Below are positions 46,906 to 55,953 of a DNA stretch of 64,000 nt, piece after piece; position 1 is the first letter of the stretch, and the number at the start of each line of letters is the position of its first letter. A program made the position numbers and the translations under genes. Below the pieces are notes generated by a model that made no database searches, was not told the origin of the DNA, and was given only the letters and a program-made list of their open reading frames with translations. The stretch is from assembly GCA_020060775.1 (NCBI GenBank), contig JAGUZN010000220.1, forward strand, positions 984-64,983, given 5' to 3'. This stretch comes from Armatimonadota bacterium. GTDB taxonomy: Bacteria > Armatimonadota > Hebobacteria > CAIYQO01.

Positions 46906-47265
46906 CTACCAGTGCCCGGCAACATCCGCTGACGCAGCCGGTTGCAGCGTTCCAGCGTGATACGCCGCTAACGCATCTTCGGCGGTACCACTGGCGCCCA
47001 GGTAGACAGTCACTCCGGCTGCCTGCAAGACGCGAAAGGCTTTCGGGCCGCAATGGGGAGCCAGTACCGCCGATACTCCCTCGCGTACGAGCGTCTCTGA
47101 CGATTGAATGCCGGCACCCTGCACGGCCTGCAGGTTCGGGGTGTTCTCCACCGCCTGCCAGGCGCCGGTTTCCGTGTCAAACAGGAGAAACCAGGGAGCA
47201 CGGCCAAAACGGGCGTCAATCATGGCGGTGGGTGTATTACCAACGGTCGGGATGGCGATCTTCAC
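46906..47265 (-). CDS. NifB/NifX-family (dinitrogenase Fe-Mo cofactor-binding-like) domain protein
   Basis: KIAIPTVGNTPTAMIDARFGRAPWFLLFDTETG..GAGIQSSETLVREGVSAVLAPHCGPKAFRVLQAAGVTVY. Start is GTG 47265, 6 nt after GGAGGA. Confidence 0.7.
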   Translation of the reverse strand: MKIAIPTVGNTPTAMIDARFGRAPWFLLFDTETGAWQAVENTPNLQAVQGAGIQSSETLVREGVSAVLAPHCGPKAFRVLQAAGVTVYLGASGTAEDALAAYHAGTLQPAASADVAGHW

Positions 47266-47445
47266 GGTGTATCCTCCGTACGCAAATGCGTTGTGCATAT
47301 AGGTGTAAAGTACACCATATTCTCCGTGAAACAACCCGTTCTGTCAATAGACGTGCAACATGGCGGGAAAGAGCGCAGGGGGAGAAGGCAGCCTCTCCCC
47401 CTGCAGTGTGAGCATCGCGGCATCCGCGGACTCTGCCACCGGCCG

Positions 47446-47943
47446 TTATGCGGCTTTGCGGTTGATGCTCTCTTGGGCAAGGCTGGTCAGCAGTTCATCG
47501 GTCTGCGATTCTTGCTGCAGTGTCGTTTGCAGCAAATCGGCGACATCGTTGCGGCCGAGCGTGCGGGCATACGTGCGCAGCGTGCCATAGCTGGAGATCT
47601 CGTAATGTTCGACCTTTTGGGCTGCGGCGATCAGGGCGGCATCAATGGCGGCGGCGTTGCCCTTGGCCTTCAGCACTTTCTCGCCGTCACGCAGGATGCC
47701 CTTCATTCCTTTGCACTCTTCTTCCGTCGGCGTGATGCCGAGCATCGTAAAGACCTGGTGCAGGCGATTGATCTGATCGTGTGTTTGTTTCAGATGCGCC
47801 TCGAACTTGGCTTTCAGGCGCGGTGAGGAGGCGTGATCGATCATCTCCGGCATGACCTTCACGATCTGTTGCTCGGCGTCGAGTATATCATTGAGTTCCG
47901 TGACGAATACATCGTGCAGGGAATCGAGCGATTGGTGGCTCAT
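47446..47943 (-). CDS. Ferritin-like DUF892 (YciE/YciF-family) protein
   Basis: LHDVFVTELNDILDAEQQIVKVMPEMIDHASSPRLKAKFEAHLKQT..KVEHYEISSYGTL. Confidence 0.7.
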   Translation of the reverse strand: MSHQSLDSLHDVFVTELNDILDAEQQIVKVMPEMIDHASSPRLKAKFEAHLKQTHDQINRLHQVFTMLGITPTEEECKGMKGILRDGEKVLKAKGNAAAIDAALIAAAQKVEHYEISSYGTLRTYARTLGRNDVADLLQTTLQQESQTDELLTSLAQESINRKAA

Positions 47944-48111
47944 AGCGCATCACTCCTTTGCGTACATGCCATCCCGCAATTTCCCACAATTGGTAGCTGC
48001 GGCGATGTCTGCAGGTTCTGTACCCGGCCCGTCGCGACGTAAATTACGGGAGGTGTGCGCGCCACCTCACAGCCGTCGCCGGCACGCATCGTGTACAGCC
48101 GTGGAGTGATA

Positions 48112-49803
48112 TCAGCGTGACAACACGGCCTGTGTCGGGTTGATCGGTGGACGTACGACCCAATCCGTGTCAGGAACGACGTGAAAGAGCCGATTCAGTT
48201 CGCTGAAACCTTCGAGGCAAGCGGGCGTGGGTGCGCCCCCGTTGGTTTTTAACTCGCTGTCCATCATCGCCCGTATGTAGAGGATGCGCCAGCGCCATGA
48301 GGCGCGCACCGACTCCGACAGTAGGCGATCGATATGCTGCATTGCAGCGAAGGCATCCTCGGCTCCGGGGTCGGGCTGAGGCGCGAGGCCTTGCGAGGGG
48401 AACCAGGGAAGCTTCACACCATCCAATTTTCCCGGCCACCAGCGGAAATGATGATTCTGCTCAAGGGTGTATATAACTGAACGCACATCAGCAACAGCTT
48501 CCGGTGAGAAGTAGTATGCGATGTACTCTCCTAGAATCTCGTCCACGGTGGCGTCCGGGTTCCAGTAGAGTTGCGTCCAGAGCACCTTGTTGATATCTTC
48601 GAAGATGCCTTCCGAATAGGGGAACCCCCCGGCGAGGGCATCACTCACGCGAATCCATTCACGATGAAAACGCTTGGGCTGCGGATTGGCGCCAAAGCCG
48701 CCCCAGGGAAACATGCCCCACATGCTGATTTCGGGGAAGCCCACAACCGGCAACCCGAGGGCTGCCCCTTCATGAACGGGAACCTGCTGCTCATCAGGGA
48801 AGAAATGCTCCATAAGGAGCCCATCCACTAATTCCGGTCGCTCCTGCAGGATACGGGCCACGTCACGCCATTCTGCCTGGTTGAAATACCAGGTCGACAG
48901 GATGACCTTGACTCCGGGCAACTTGCGGCGAGCGAGACTGCTCACGGATTCGACACAGCGCATGAATCCGTTGGAACCCCAGGGACGGCACTGTTCGCAG
49001 CCGCATCCTCCCTGGTCGTACGGCCAAATGCCAATATGGCTCGGTTCGACCTCGCGCGCCCAATCGAATTCATCGCCGAGCACCTGCAGAATGTAGTCCA
49101 TGCCGCTGGGAGTGGATGGGCATACCGCCACATCGTAATAGCCGCCACGTTTCGCGGTGGCGTCAGCACGAAGCTCAAGCGGACTATTCGCATACGCCTC
49201 ATTGCCCACGGCGAGCAACATGGTGTCCAATCCGAGCCGTCTGGCTGCCGCCAGCATCTGCCGGAGGCGCTCGCGAAACGCGACGGCTTCGGGGTGATCG
49301 CTGTGCTCGAAATGGTGCATATCGTACCAGACGGCCAGCGTATTCATCCCCCACAGGGCGAGTTCTTCGATGTAACGAATAACCTCATCGATGGGCGCGG
49401 TCTGATAGAAGTTGTAGTAATGTGTCGCAAAGTAGATGCCCCGCAATTTTTTTACCGGTTTGGAAGCGCCGCGCCAGTCGCCCGGGGTGAAGACGCCGGG
49501 GGCAAAGCGCGATGTGCGAAGAAACTTGCCGATGCCGTACAGCACGCCGCGCGCGTCACCGCCAGCGATGCGAACCGTCTCGCATGGGCCATCCTCGATC
49601 GCATACCCCTCAGCATCCAGTTCGGGTAGGATGGATAACTCAATGGTGCAGCTGTGATTGTCAGCACAGCGCACGACTGTGCCGCAGCGTGCAGCGACCT
49701 GCCGGTGAAGCAGATCGGCAAGCGCCTGCAGCAACGGCGACGCATCTGCCGGGACGATGACCCGGATATCCGGTGCATCGGTTGAATATTCTTGCATACT
49801 CAT
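48112..49803 (-). CDS. Putative glycoside hydrolase-like TIM-barrel protein
   Basis: The N-terminal module EGYAIEDGPCETVRIAGGDARGVLYGIGKFLR is typical of GH N-terminal alpha/beta domains. A barrel-like region with NEAY and a CGCEQC motif follows. The start ATG overlaps the upstream stop (ATGA at 49800-49803). Family is uncertain. Confidence 0.35.
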   Translation of the reverse strand: MSMQEYSTDAPDIRVIVPADASPLLQALADLLHRQVAARCGTVVRCADNHSCTIELSILPELDAEGYAIEDGPCETVRIAGGDARGVLYGIGKFLRTSRFAPGVFTPGDWRGASKPVKKLRGIYFATHYYNFYQTAPIDEVIRYIEELALWGMNTLAVWYDMHHFEHSDHPEAVAFRERLRQMLAAARRLGLDTMLLAVGNEAYANSPLELRADATAKRGGYYDVAVCPSTPSGMDYILQVLGDEFDWAREVEPSHIGIWPYDQGGCGCEQCRPWGSNGFMRCVESVSSLARRKLPGVKVILSTWYFNQAEWRDVARILQERPELVDGLLMEHFFPDEQQVPVHEGAALGLPVVGFPEISMWGMFPWGGFGANPQPKRFHREWIRVSDALAGGFPYSEGIFEDINKVLWTQLYWNPDATVDEILGEYIAYYFSPEAVADVRSVIYTLEQNHHFRWWPGKLDGVKLPWFPSQGLAPQPDPGAEDAFAAMQHIDRLLSESVRASWRWRILYIRAMMDSELKTNGGAPTPACLEGFSELNRLFHVVPDTDWVVRPPINPTQAVLSR

Positions 49804-50894
49804 ACCACTCCTTGCGTGTATAGTTGCGATGTCCACTTCACGCAGTGATCCAGTAACTGTTCGCCCTCATCGCGGCTGGCGCACCAGACCTGCAGCATCA
49901 GCAATGCTGGATCCAGCGAACGCACCAGTGGCTCGACATTGGACAGCGGCACATCGATGTGGACAATTTTCCCCGCGGCCTGAATGTGCTGATACATCTC
50001 CAGGTGCGCTGGCCCATTCGGCGGTTCGCTCGGCGTGGGTATGTACTGGATCACCCTGAGATACGGCAACGACAACAGGCGGGGCAAGTGTTGCCGGGCA
50101 TCGCCGCCATCCAGGTGATACCACAATGCTGAAAACGCCTCGGCATACACCTCGAGTTCCGGTAACACAAACTGGTCGAACTGCTCTGGGGAGAGCATGC
50201 AGGAGACATCCGATTGCGTGACTTTGAATGGTTCGGGCGCCCAAAAACGCATCCATCCAGCATTGCCGTACCAGTAGTGGTGTCCTGCTTCGCGCATGAA
50301 CGCCTGCAACTCATGCTGCACTTGCGCTTGGTCCCGTGCTCCGGTAACCACGGCCTCAGCCATCCACTCGGGATGATCCATCAACCCGAGCATGAAGGCT
50401 TCTGTGCCCATATGCATCGACAACAAGTCGCTGGCAGGCAGCCCGACGGGTTGGCCGAGAAGAAAATTATCTTCGGCGGCCATGGCGCACAGCGCCCGCA
50501 ACAGCGTGCGGTATCGGTGCATCCAGGGGCTGTCCGGGTCGTGCCGAAACGGTGATGGCCGAGAGAAGTCGACCTCCTGCGTGGCAAACCAGATCGTATC
50601 CGGCGCGAATTGCGGCGTGCCGCCCAGGCAGGCCATCCAATTCGCCATCGTCAAACAGGACGGCGCGGCCTCGCCCCCCCACCAGGTCGTCTCCAATTTG
50701 TGGCGAAAGGCGGGGAGCAGGTACTCAGGATCAAGCCAGCGCGCTTCATCATCGGCCGGCTCAGGCACAGCCAATGGACGCATTGTCGGCTGTGGAGCCA
50801 TGACCGCCATGCATGGGCGGTCCAGCCGCTCGCCGTGCCAGAGGGCGGTCAACCGATACTGTGCCTCCGGCCAATCTGCTTTGTACTGCATCAC
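49800..50894 (-). CDS. Hypothetical protein, possibly uroporphyrinogen-decarboxylase-like fold
   Basis: N-terminal LTALWHGERLDRPCMAVMAP resembles URO-D-family proteins found in sugar-utilisation clusters. This is a weak call by eye. Confidence 0.3.
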   Translation of the reverse strand: MMQYKADWPEAQYRLTALWHGERLDRPCMAVMAPQPTMRPLAVPEPADDEARWLDPEYLLPAFRHKLETTWWGGEAAPSCLTMANWMACLGGTPQFAPDTIWFATQEVDFSRPSPFRHDPDSPWMHRYRTLLRALCAMAAEDNFLLGQPVGLPASDLLSMHMGTEAFMLGLMDHPEWMAEAVVTGARDQAQVQHELQAFMREAGHHYWYGNAGWMRFWAPEPFKVTQSDVSCMLSPEQFDQFVLPELEVYAEAFSALWYHLDGGDARQHLPRLLSLPYLRVIQYIPTPSEPPNGPAHLEMYQHIQAAGKIVHIDVPLSNVEPLVRSLDPALLMLQVWCASRDEGEQLLDHCVKWTSQLYTQGVV

Positions 50895-51096
50895 ATACCC
50901 TTTATCACAGCGGTAACTGTGAAGTGAGAATCACATTGCTACGTTGGTGAAATTCATCGCCGGCAACCTTGTGAAAATATCGCTACTCGTTTTACAGCAT
51001 GGAAATGAGTACGATGGGTGTGCGGCTATTGATCTCTACAGCCGAACAGGCGATAATCACGAACATCGTTCCCCCGGGCCTGGAAGGAGACCGCAG

Positions 51097-52389
51097 ATGG
51101 CCAACCTCCATATTCGTAATGTCACCGCCGTCATCATGGACGAGCACCATACCATCCTGGAACAGGCCGCCATCGTCACGGATGGGGCGCATATACATTT
51201 TGTCGGTCCACTGGCGCAAGCTCCCGACCCCGCTGCGGATGATGCCGTTATCGATGCCGATGGCATGGTGGCCATCCCCGGGCTGATCAATGCCCATACG
51301 CACCTGGCGATGACGCTCTTCCGGGGGGCGGCTGACGACCTCCCGCTGATGACCTGGCTGCAGGAGAAGATCTGGCCGGTCGAGGCGCATATCACCCGTG
51401 ACGATGTCTACTGGGCCTCGCTGCTGGGCATTGCCGAGATGCTGCGCGCCGGCGTCACCACCTTCAACGACATGTATTGGCATGTCGAAGCGGTGGCCGA
51501 TGCCGTGCGCGAAAGCGGCATCCGCGCCGGCCTGTCGGCCGTGGTCATCGGCGTGGTGCCGCACGCTGAGGCATTGCTGCACGAGGCCGAGGCGCGCGTG
51601 CAAGCGTTTATTGCTGAAGGCCATCCGCGCATCGTGCCCTTCTTTGGCCCGCATGCGCCCTATACGGTGCCGGAAGCGATGATGCGCAAGATTGTTGCGT
51701 TGGCGCACACGTACGGCGTGCGTATGCACACCCACCTGTCGGAAACTGCCGGAGAAGTGGAGTCGAGCCGGAATCTGAGCGGGATGACCCCCATTGCGCT
51801 CATGGACGCCTATGAACTGTTTACCAGGCCAACCACCGTGGCGCATGGCGTGCATGCCACCGACCACGACATTGCCGTGCTGGCGCATCGCGGCGTTGGG
51901 GTGGCGCACTGCCCCAGCAGCAACATGAAGCTCGGCTCGGGCATTGCTCCGGTGCCGGACATGTTGCGGGCCGGCATTGCCGTTGGCCTGGGCACCGACG
52001 GCGCCGGCAGCAATAACACCCTCGATGTGCTGCGCGAGGTGCGGCAGGCGGCGTTGCTGCACAAGGTTGGGGGTGATGCCACCGCCGTGCGTGCAGCAAC
52101 CGCGTTGGCCATGGCCACGCGGCAAGGTGCCGCCGCCATGCACCTGGAGCACCTTGGCATGCTGGCGCCCGGCTACCTCGCTGATATCGCCCTGCTCGAT
52201 TTCCAACAACCGCACCTCACGCCCGGCGGTCGCGTGGTGTCGCATCTGGCCTATGCCGCATACGCCGGCGATGTTGATACCGTGATTGTGCATGGGAAGG
52301 TGTTGATGCGTGGGCGGCAATTCGCTACGCTGGATATAGAGCGTATCCGGGCGCGCGTGCGCGAGAGTGCCGATCGATTGTTTTCGTGA
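51097..52389 (+). CDS. mtaD: Amidohydrolase: 5-methylthioadenosine/S-adenosylhomocysteine deaminase-like
   Basis: IDADGMVAIPGLINAHTHLAMTLFRGAADDLPLMTWLQEKIWPVE, HTHLSET and GLGTDGAGSNN. Start is ATG 51097 after GGAAGGAG. Confidence 0.75.
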   Translation: MANLHIRNVTAVIMDEHHTILEQAAIVTDGAHIHFVGPLAQAPDPAADDAVIDADGMVAIPGLINAHTHLAMTLFRGAADDLPLMTWLQEKIWPVEAHITRDDVYWASLLGIAEMLRAGVTTFNDMYWHVEAVADAVRESGIRAGLSAVVIGVVPHAEALLHEAEARVQAFIAEGHPRIVPFFGPHAPYTVPEAMMRKIVALAHTYGVRMHTHLSETAGEVESSRNLSGMTPIALMDAYELFTRPTTVAHGVHATDHDIAVLAHRGVGVAHCPSSNMKLGSGIAPVPDMLRAGIAVGLGTDGAGSNNTLDVLREVRQAALLHKVGGDATAVRAATALAMATRQGAAAMHLEHLGMLAPGYLADIALLDFQQPHLTPGGRVVSHLAYAAYAGDVDTVIVHGKVLMRGRQFATLDIERIRARVRESADRLFS

Positions 52390-52441
52390 GAGGTACAGCC
52401 AACACCGTGCTGCGCGCTGCGGACGGAAAGGAACCCCTGTC

Positions 52442-53278
52442 ATGAAGCTGGCCTTCAGCACCTTGGGTTGTCCAGCGTGGACGCTGGCGCAAGTCATCGA
52501 GGCGGCGCAGCGCGATGGCTACGACGGTGTCGAGTTTCGCGGGCTGCGGGAGACGATTGAACTCACCGAAGCTCCCGACTTTTCCCCTGCCCACATCGCT
52601 GATACGCGCGCTCGCCTGGCGGATGCCGGCGTGGCGGTGGCGTGTGTGTCCACCGGACTGCGCGTGGTGTCGGCGACGACCACGCGCATCGACCGCCATA
52701 CCCTGGTCGAGCATGCCCGCCGTTATGTCGACCTGGCGAAAGAGGTCAACGCGCCCTACATTCGCCTGTTTTGCGGCGAGGTGCCGGAGCATCACCCGCG
52801 CGCCATCGCCCTGGAACAGGCCGTGGATGCTCTGCAGCAGATCGGTGACTTTGCGCAGGGGCGTGAGGTCATCGCCCTGTTGGAGACGCACGACGCCTTT
52901 GTGAGCAGCGGCGAGCTCATGGACCTGCTTCGCCTCACCCATCATCCTGCGGTGCAGGTCCTCTGGGATATCCATCATCCCTACCGCCTGGCCGGTGAGA
53001 CGATTGCCCAGACCATGCGCAACCTGCACGGTCATATCCGCAGCACCCATGTGAAAGACTCGGTGTTGCATGAGGATGGGGAACAGTACACCTTTGTGCC
53101 GGTAGGGCAGGGGGATGTGCCGATCCCCGCGGCCCTGCGCGTGCTGCACGACACCGGATACGACGGTTACCTCACCTTCGAGTGGGAACAGCGCTGGCAC
53201 CCCCACCTCGCCGCGCCCGAGATCGTCTTCCCGCAGTATGTCCGGCAGATGCGCGCCTGGCTCGCGGAACTGCAGTAG
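52442..53278 (+). CDS. Sugar phosphate isomerase/epimerase (xylose-isomerase-like TIM barrel)
   Basis: MKLAFSTLGCPAWTLAQVIEAAQRDGYDGVEFRG, LLETHD and YDGYLTFEWE. Confidence 0.75.
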   Translation: MKLAFSTLGCPAWTLAQVIEAAQRDGYDGVEFRGLRETIELTEAPDFSPAHIADTRARLADAGVAVACVSTGLRVVSATTTRIDRHTLVEHARRYVDLAKEVNAPYIRLFCGEVPEHHPRAIALEQAVDALQQIGDFAQGREVIALLETHDAFVSSGELMDLLRLTHHPAVQVLWDIHHPYRLAGETIAQTMRNLHGHIRSTHVKDSVLHEDGEQYTFVPVGQGDVPIPAALRVLHDTGYDGYLTFEWEQRWHPHLAAPEIVFPQYVRQMRAWLAELQ

Positions 53279-53295
53279 ACCGGATGATGGCACAC

Positions 53296-53339
53296 GCCAG
53301 GCCCCGCGCTTTCCGCATCTCGGTGGGGCGGGGCCTGGC
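53296..53339 (+). terminator. Strong hairpin downstream of the isomerase gene (no U-tract)
   Basis: GCCAGGCCCCGC (53296-53307) pairs with GCGGGGCCTGGC (53328-53339), a 12-bp perfect stem with a 20-nt loop. Confidence 0.4.
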
Positions 53340-53407
53340 GGTTGCAGTCATCCGCCCCCAACTCCCCCTGCCTGCGGAATTTGCACAGCTTAACCGCCAT
53401 CCCCGCC

Positions 53408-53480
53408 GTTCTCAAGAAAAGTGTCGTAAAGCTGCACATATTCCCTTGACAAGAGGTGCAACACTGGAGGCGATCACTGT
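53408..53480 (+). promoter_or_regulatory. Conserved upstream block (promoter/operator candidate) of secreted-protein gene A
   Basis: Shares TCAAGAAAGTG, CTGCACATAT, CCTTGACAA and GGCGATCA blocks with 54795-54868. TTGACA lies at 53446-53451, 150 nt before the ATG. Confidence 0.5.
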
Positions 53481-53595
53481 CCACGCTGTCGTTTCGCCGG
53501 TCATGTACCTGGTCGCGCGGGGATCGGTTACACACAGCGTGCGCTCGGTGAACATACGAGAACACTGTCACAGGGAACAAAAGGAGGATCTCCCT

Positions 53596-54630
53596 ATGCT
53601 TAGGATGATGGCCGTTCTCGCGGTGGGGGGCGCGATGCTCATCAGCAGCCTCGCGTACGCTGCCCCGAGGGAGCTTTCGAGTGGTGACCTGGACACCGTC
53701 GCGGCTGGTGCGTACATCGACCAGTTCATTCCGACGATGCCGAATTCCGTGAATACCAATGCCGAATTCGCCTATGGCGACATTGCCGAAGCCGTGGGCG
53801 GCGCGGCGATCGTGGGTGATGCCAACGAAGTGACGTTGGCCGGCGCGACATGCGATGGCATTGCCGTGATTGGTAATGACAACATTACCGCTGACAACTC
53901 CAATGTGGTGGACGACGGCGCCGAGGTGGCGATCGCCGGCAATCACAACTCTGCCCTGCGCATCGATCAGGAAGATGCCGTGGCTGCGCTGGTGATTGGC
54001 CCCAATGCCACGTTCGATATCACCTTCAACGATGTTGAAGGCCTGATCGACGACGGTTCCGCCGTCGTCATCGGCGACAATAACCTGGTGGACGTGTACA
54101 TGGATGACACGGACGTCTATGGCACCATTGGCGGTAATTTCAGCCTTGTCGATACGAATACGGCAACTGCGACGATTGCGCAAACCAATACCGCCAACGC
54201 GAGTGGCGAAAGCAGTGCCGATATCACGCAGGCCAACATCGCCAACATCACCATCAACCAGAATGGCGATAACGACGATGCCTATGGCGTCATTGCGAAG
54301 GAAGCCAAGGTCGATCACGCCTTCAACGTGGATGAGCTCTACGTTGACGTGTCAGCGGATATCTGTGGTTCCTTCAACAAGGAAGACACCGCGATTAGCA
54401 TCTGCGGGCAGAATGGCGTATCCACCAATGTGAACGGCAATGCGGCCGGCCTGCAGGAAATCGGCTCATTGCTCAACACCACGAACGCCGCTGCCTCCGG
54501 CACCGGCGCGTTGGCCGATAACGGCTCGAGCATCTCGGCTGATGCCTTTGCGGACACCGCCGCCACCCAGATCGTGTTGAACGGCGTGTGCGTGGGGATC
54601 GGCATCTTCGTCGATGGTGGTGCTCGATAG
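53596..54630 (+). CDS. Secreted acidic repeat protein A (beta-solenoid-like) with a post-signal double-glycine-type propeptide
   Basis: AAGGAGGA RBS. Signal peptide MLRMMAVLAVGGAMLISSLAYA, then APRELSSGDLDTVAAG. Six repeats of the type hhhG(D/N)xN (AAIVGDAN, IAVIGNDN, VAIAGNHN, LVIGPNAT, AVVIGDNN, GTIGGNFS). Four Cys. C-terminal QIVLNGVCVGIGIFVDGG. Confidence 0.7.
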   Translation: MLRMMAVLAVGGAMLISSLAYAAPRELSSGDLDTVAAGAYIDQFIPTMPNSVNTNAEFAYGDIAEAVGGAAIVGDANEVTLAGATCDGIAVIGNDNITADNSNVVDDGAEVAIAGNHNSALRIDQEDAVAALVIGPNATFDITFNDVEGLIDDGSAVVIGDNNLVDVYMDDTDVYGTIGGNFSLVDTNTATATIAQTNTANASGESSADITQANIANITINQNGDNDDAYGVIAKEAKVDHAFNVDELYVDVSADICGSFNKEDTAISICGQNGVSTNVNGNAAGLQEIGSLLNTTNAAASGTGALADNGSSISADAFADTAATQIVLNGVCVGIGIFVDGGAR

Positions 54631-54663
54631 ACCATCGCGGCTGATAACAGGTGAAACCAGGTG

Positions 54664-54697
54664 TGCGCACCCCGGGCATGCAATGGCTCGGGGTGCG
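54664..54697 (+). terminator. Hairpin after gene A (weak U-tract)
   Basis: GCGCACCCCG (54664-54673) pairs with CGGGGTGCGT (54688-54697), followed by TGCTTAGTGTTG. Confidence 0.4.
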
Positions 54698-54794
54698 TTG
54701 CTTAGTGTTGATACCCTGCGGAGCCCCGGAAGAGGGAGTGGATGAGAAAGTTGACAGATGCTCGGTTTTGCACAGGTTCTCCACCAGACGGCTT

Positions 54795-54868
54795 GTTCGT
54801 CAAGAAAGTGACGCCACTCCTGCACATATCTCCTTGACAATCGGTGTGATACTGAGGGCGATCATCGT
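54795..54868 (+). promoter_or_regulatory. Conserved upstream block (promoter/operator candidate) of secreted-protein gene B
   Basis: Paralogous to 53408-53480. TTGACA lies at 54834-54839, 136 nt before the ATG. Confidence 0.5.
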
Positions 54869-54969
54869 ACCGCCAACCCGCATGGCTGGTCGGGGTACTT
54901 CCCGCGCGACGACCCAGACAGGGACGCCGGAACGGTGAGACTATCACTGGGAAGTAAGGAGGATCTCCC

Positions 54970-55857
54970 ATGAAGACGAATGTGGGCGCGTTGCTGGTGG
55001 CAGGGCTTTTCCTCTGCAGCAGCATCGCAATCGCCGCACCGAAAGCACTTTCGAGTGCCGAGCTGGATGGCGTGGCGGCCGGGTTTGGTAACTGGGCCCC
55101 CCCGTCGACGAACAATACCCCGCAAAACATCCCCTTTATGGTGACCGAGGATGTCGCGGTGGCTGAACTCGGTGGACTGGCGATTGACGGTAACGAGAAC
55201 GAATACAAAGAGGCCTTTGCATCTGAAGATGCTATTGCCGTGATCGGCAATGACAACGAGACGATCGATGGCAGCAATTTCGTTGATGGTGATGGTGACT
55301 GCGAGATTGCCATCGCCGGCGAGATGAACGAAGCCATCTCGATCGAGCAGGATGCCGACTTCGCGCTGGTGGCCGGTGAGAACCTGTCGCTGAACGCGAC
55401 CTATAACGAAATCGGCAGTGTGGACGAGTCGGCGGTCGTGCTCGGCACCAACAATCACGTGACGGTGACGCAGGACGACACCTATATCGATGGTTTCATC
55501 GGCAACGGTGGCTACGGTGTGATTGCCAAGGAAGCCTGTGTCGTAGATTCCTTCAACACCAGCATCGTCGAGACCTATGTCACGGTGACCATTGAAGATT
55601 CGTTCAACTGCATTTCCAACACCCTGGACATCTCCGGCCAGAACAACATGACCGCGCTGGTGAATGCCAATACGTTGGGCGATCAGTACATCGGCGTGGC
55701 CGTGAACGTGACTAACGCGGCTGCGACCTCGAGTGCGCCTGGTCCGTCGGCGCCGGTGGTGGCGACCGCGCAAACGGCGGTTACCCAGGTTGTGGTCAAC
55801 GGCTCCTGCTTCTTCGGCATCGGAGTCATTGATCTCTTCCCTGGTAATGGCGGTTAA
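54970..55857 (+). CDS. Secreted acidic repeat protein B (paralogue of A)
   Basis: Same RBS context (AAGGAGGATCTCCC-ATG). Signal MKTNVGALLVAGLFLCSSIAIA, then APKALSSAELDGVAAG. Repeats IAVIGNDN, IAIAGEMN, AVVLGTNN. The shared YGVIAKEA box, four Cys and C-terminal QVVVNGSCFFGIGVIDLF are all present. Confidence 0.7.
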   Translation: MKTNVGALLVAGLFLCSSIAIAAPKALSSAELDGVAAGFGNWAPPSTNNTPQNIPFMVTEDVAVAELGGLAIDGNENEYKEAFASEDAIAVIGNDNETIDGSNFVDGDGDCEIAIAGEMNEAISIEQDADFALVAGENLSLNATYNEIGSVDESAVVLGTNNHVTVTQDDTYIDGFIGNGGYGVIAKEACVVDSFNTSIVETYVTVTIEDSFNCISNTLDISGQNNMTALVNANTLGDQYIGVAVNVTNAAATSSAPGPSAPVVATAQTAVTQVVVNGSCFFGIGVIDLFPGNGG

Positions 55858-55910
55858 GTCGCCGCAGTCGGTTCGAACGCAAGGCGGAAGGCTTTGTCGT
55901 TCGTCTGCAC

Positions 55911-55934
55911 GGGGGCCGGGCTCACCCGGCCCCC
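55911..55934 (+). other. Intercistronic GC hairpin between genes B and C
   Basis: GGGGGCCGGG-CTCA-CCCGGCCCCC forms a perfect 10-bp stem with a 4-nt loop and no U-tract. It lies 20 nt before the start of gene C. Confidence 0.6.
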
Positions 55935-55953
55935 ACCGAGATAGGAGGGAGTG

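Noticed and set aside
50992-52497. 501-aa minus-strand ORF antisense to the mtaD-like gene. Similar long antisense ORFs occur at 24999-26129, 52325-53293, 15955-16782, 44518-45276, 47104-47826 and 30778-31530.
   Set aside because: Their composition is Arg/Gly/Pro/His-rich and low in complexity, which is typical of shadow ORFs in GC-rich DNA. In every case the opposite strand carries a protein with clear family motifs.
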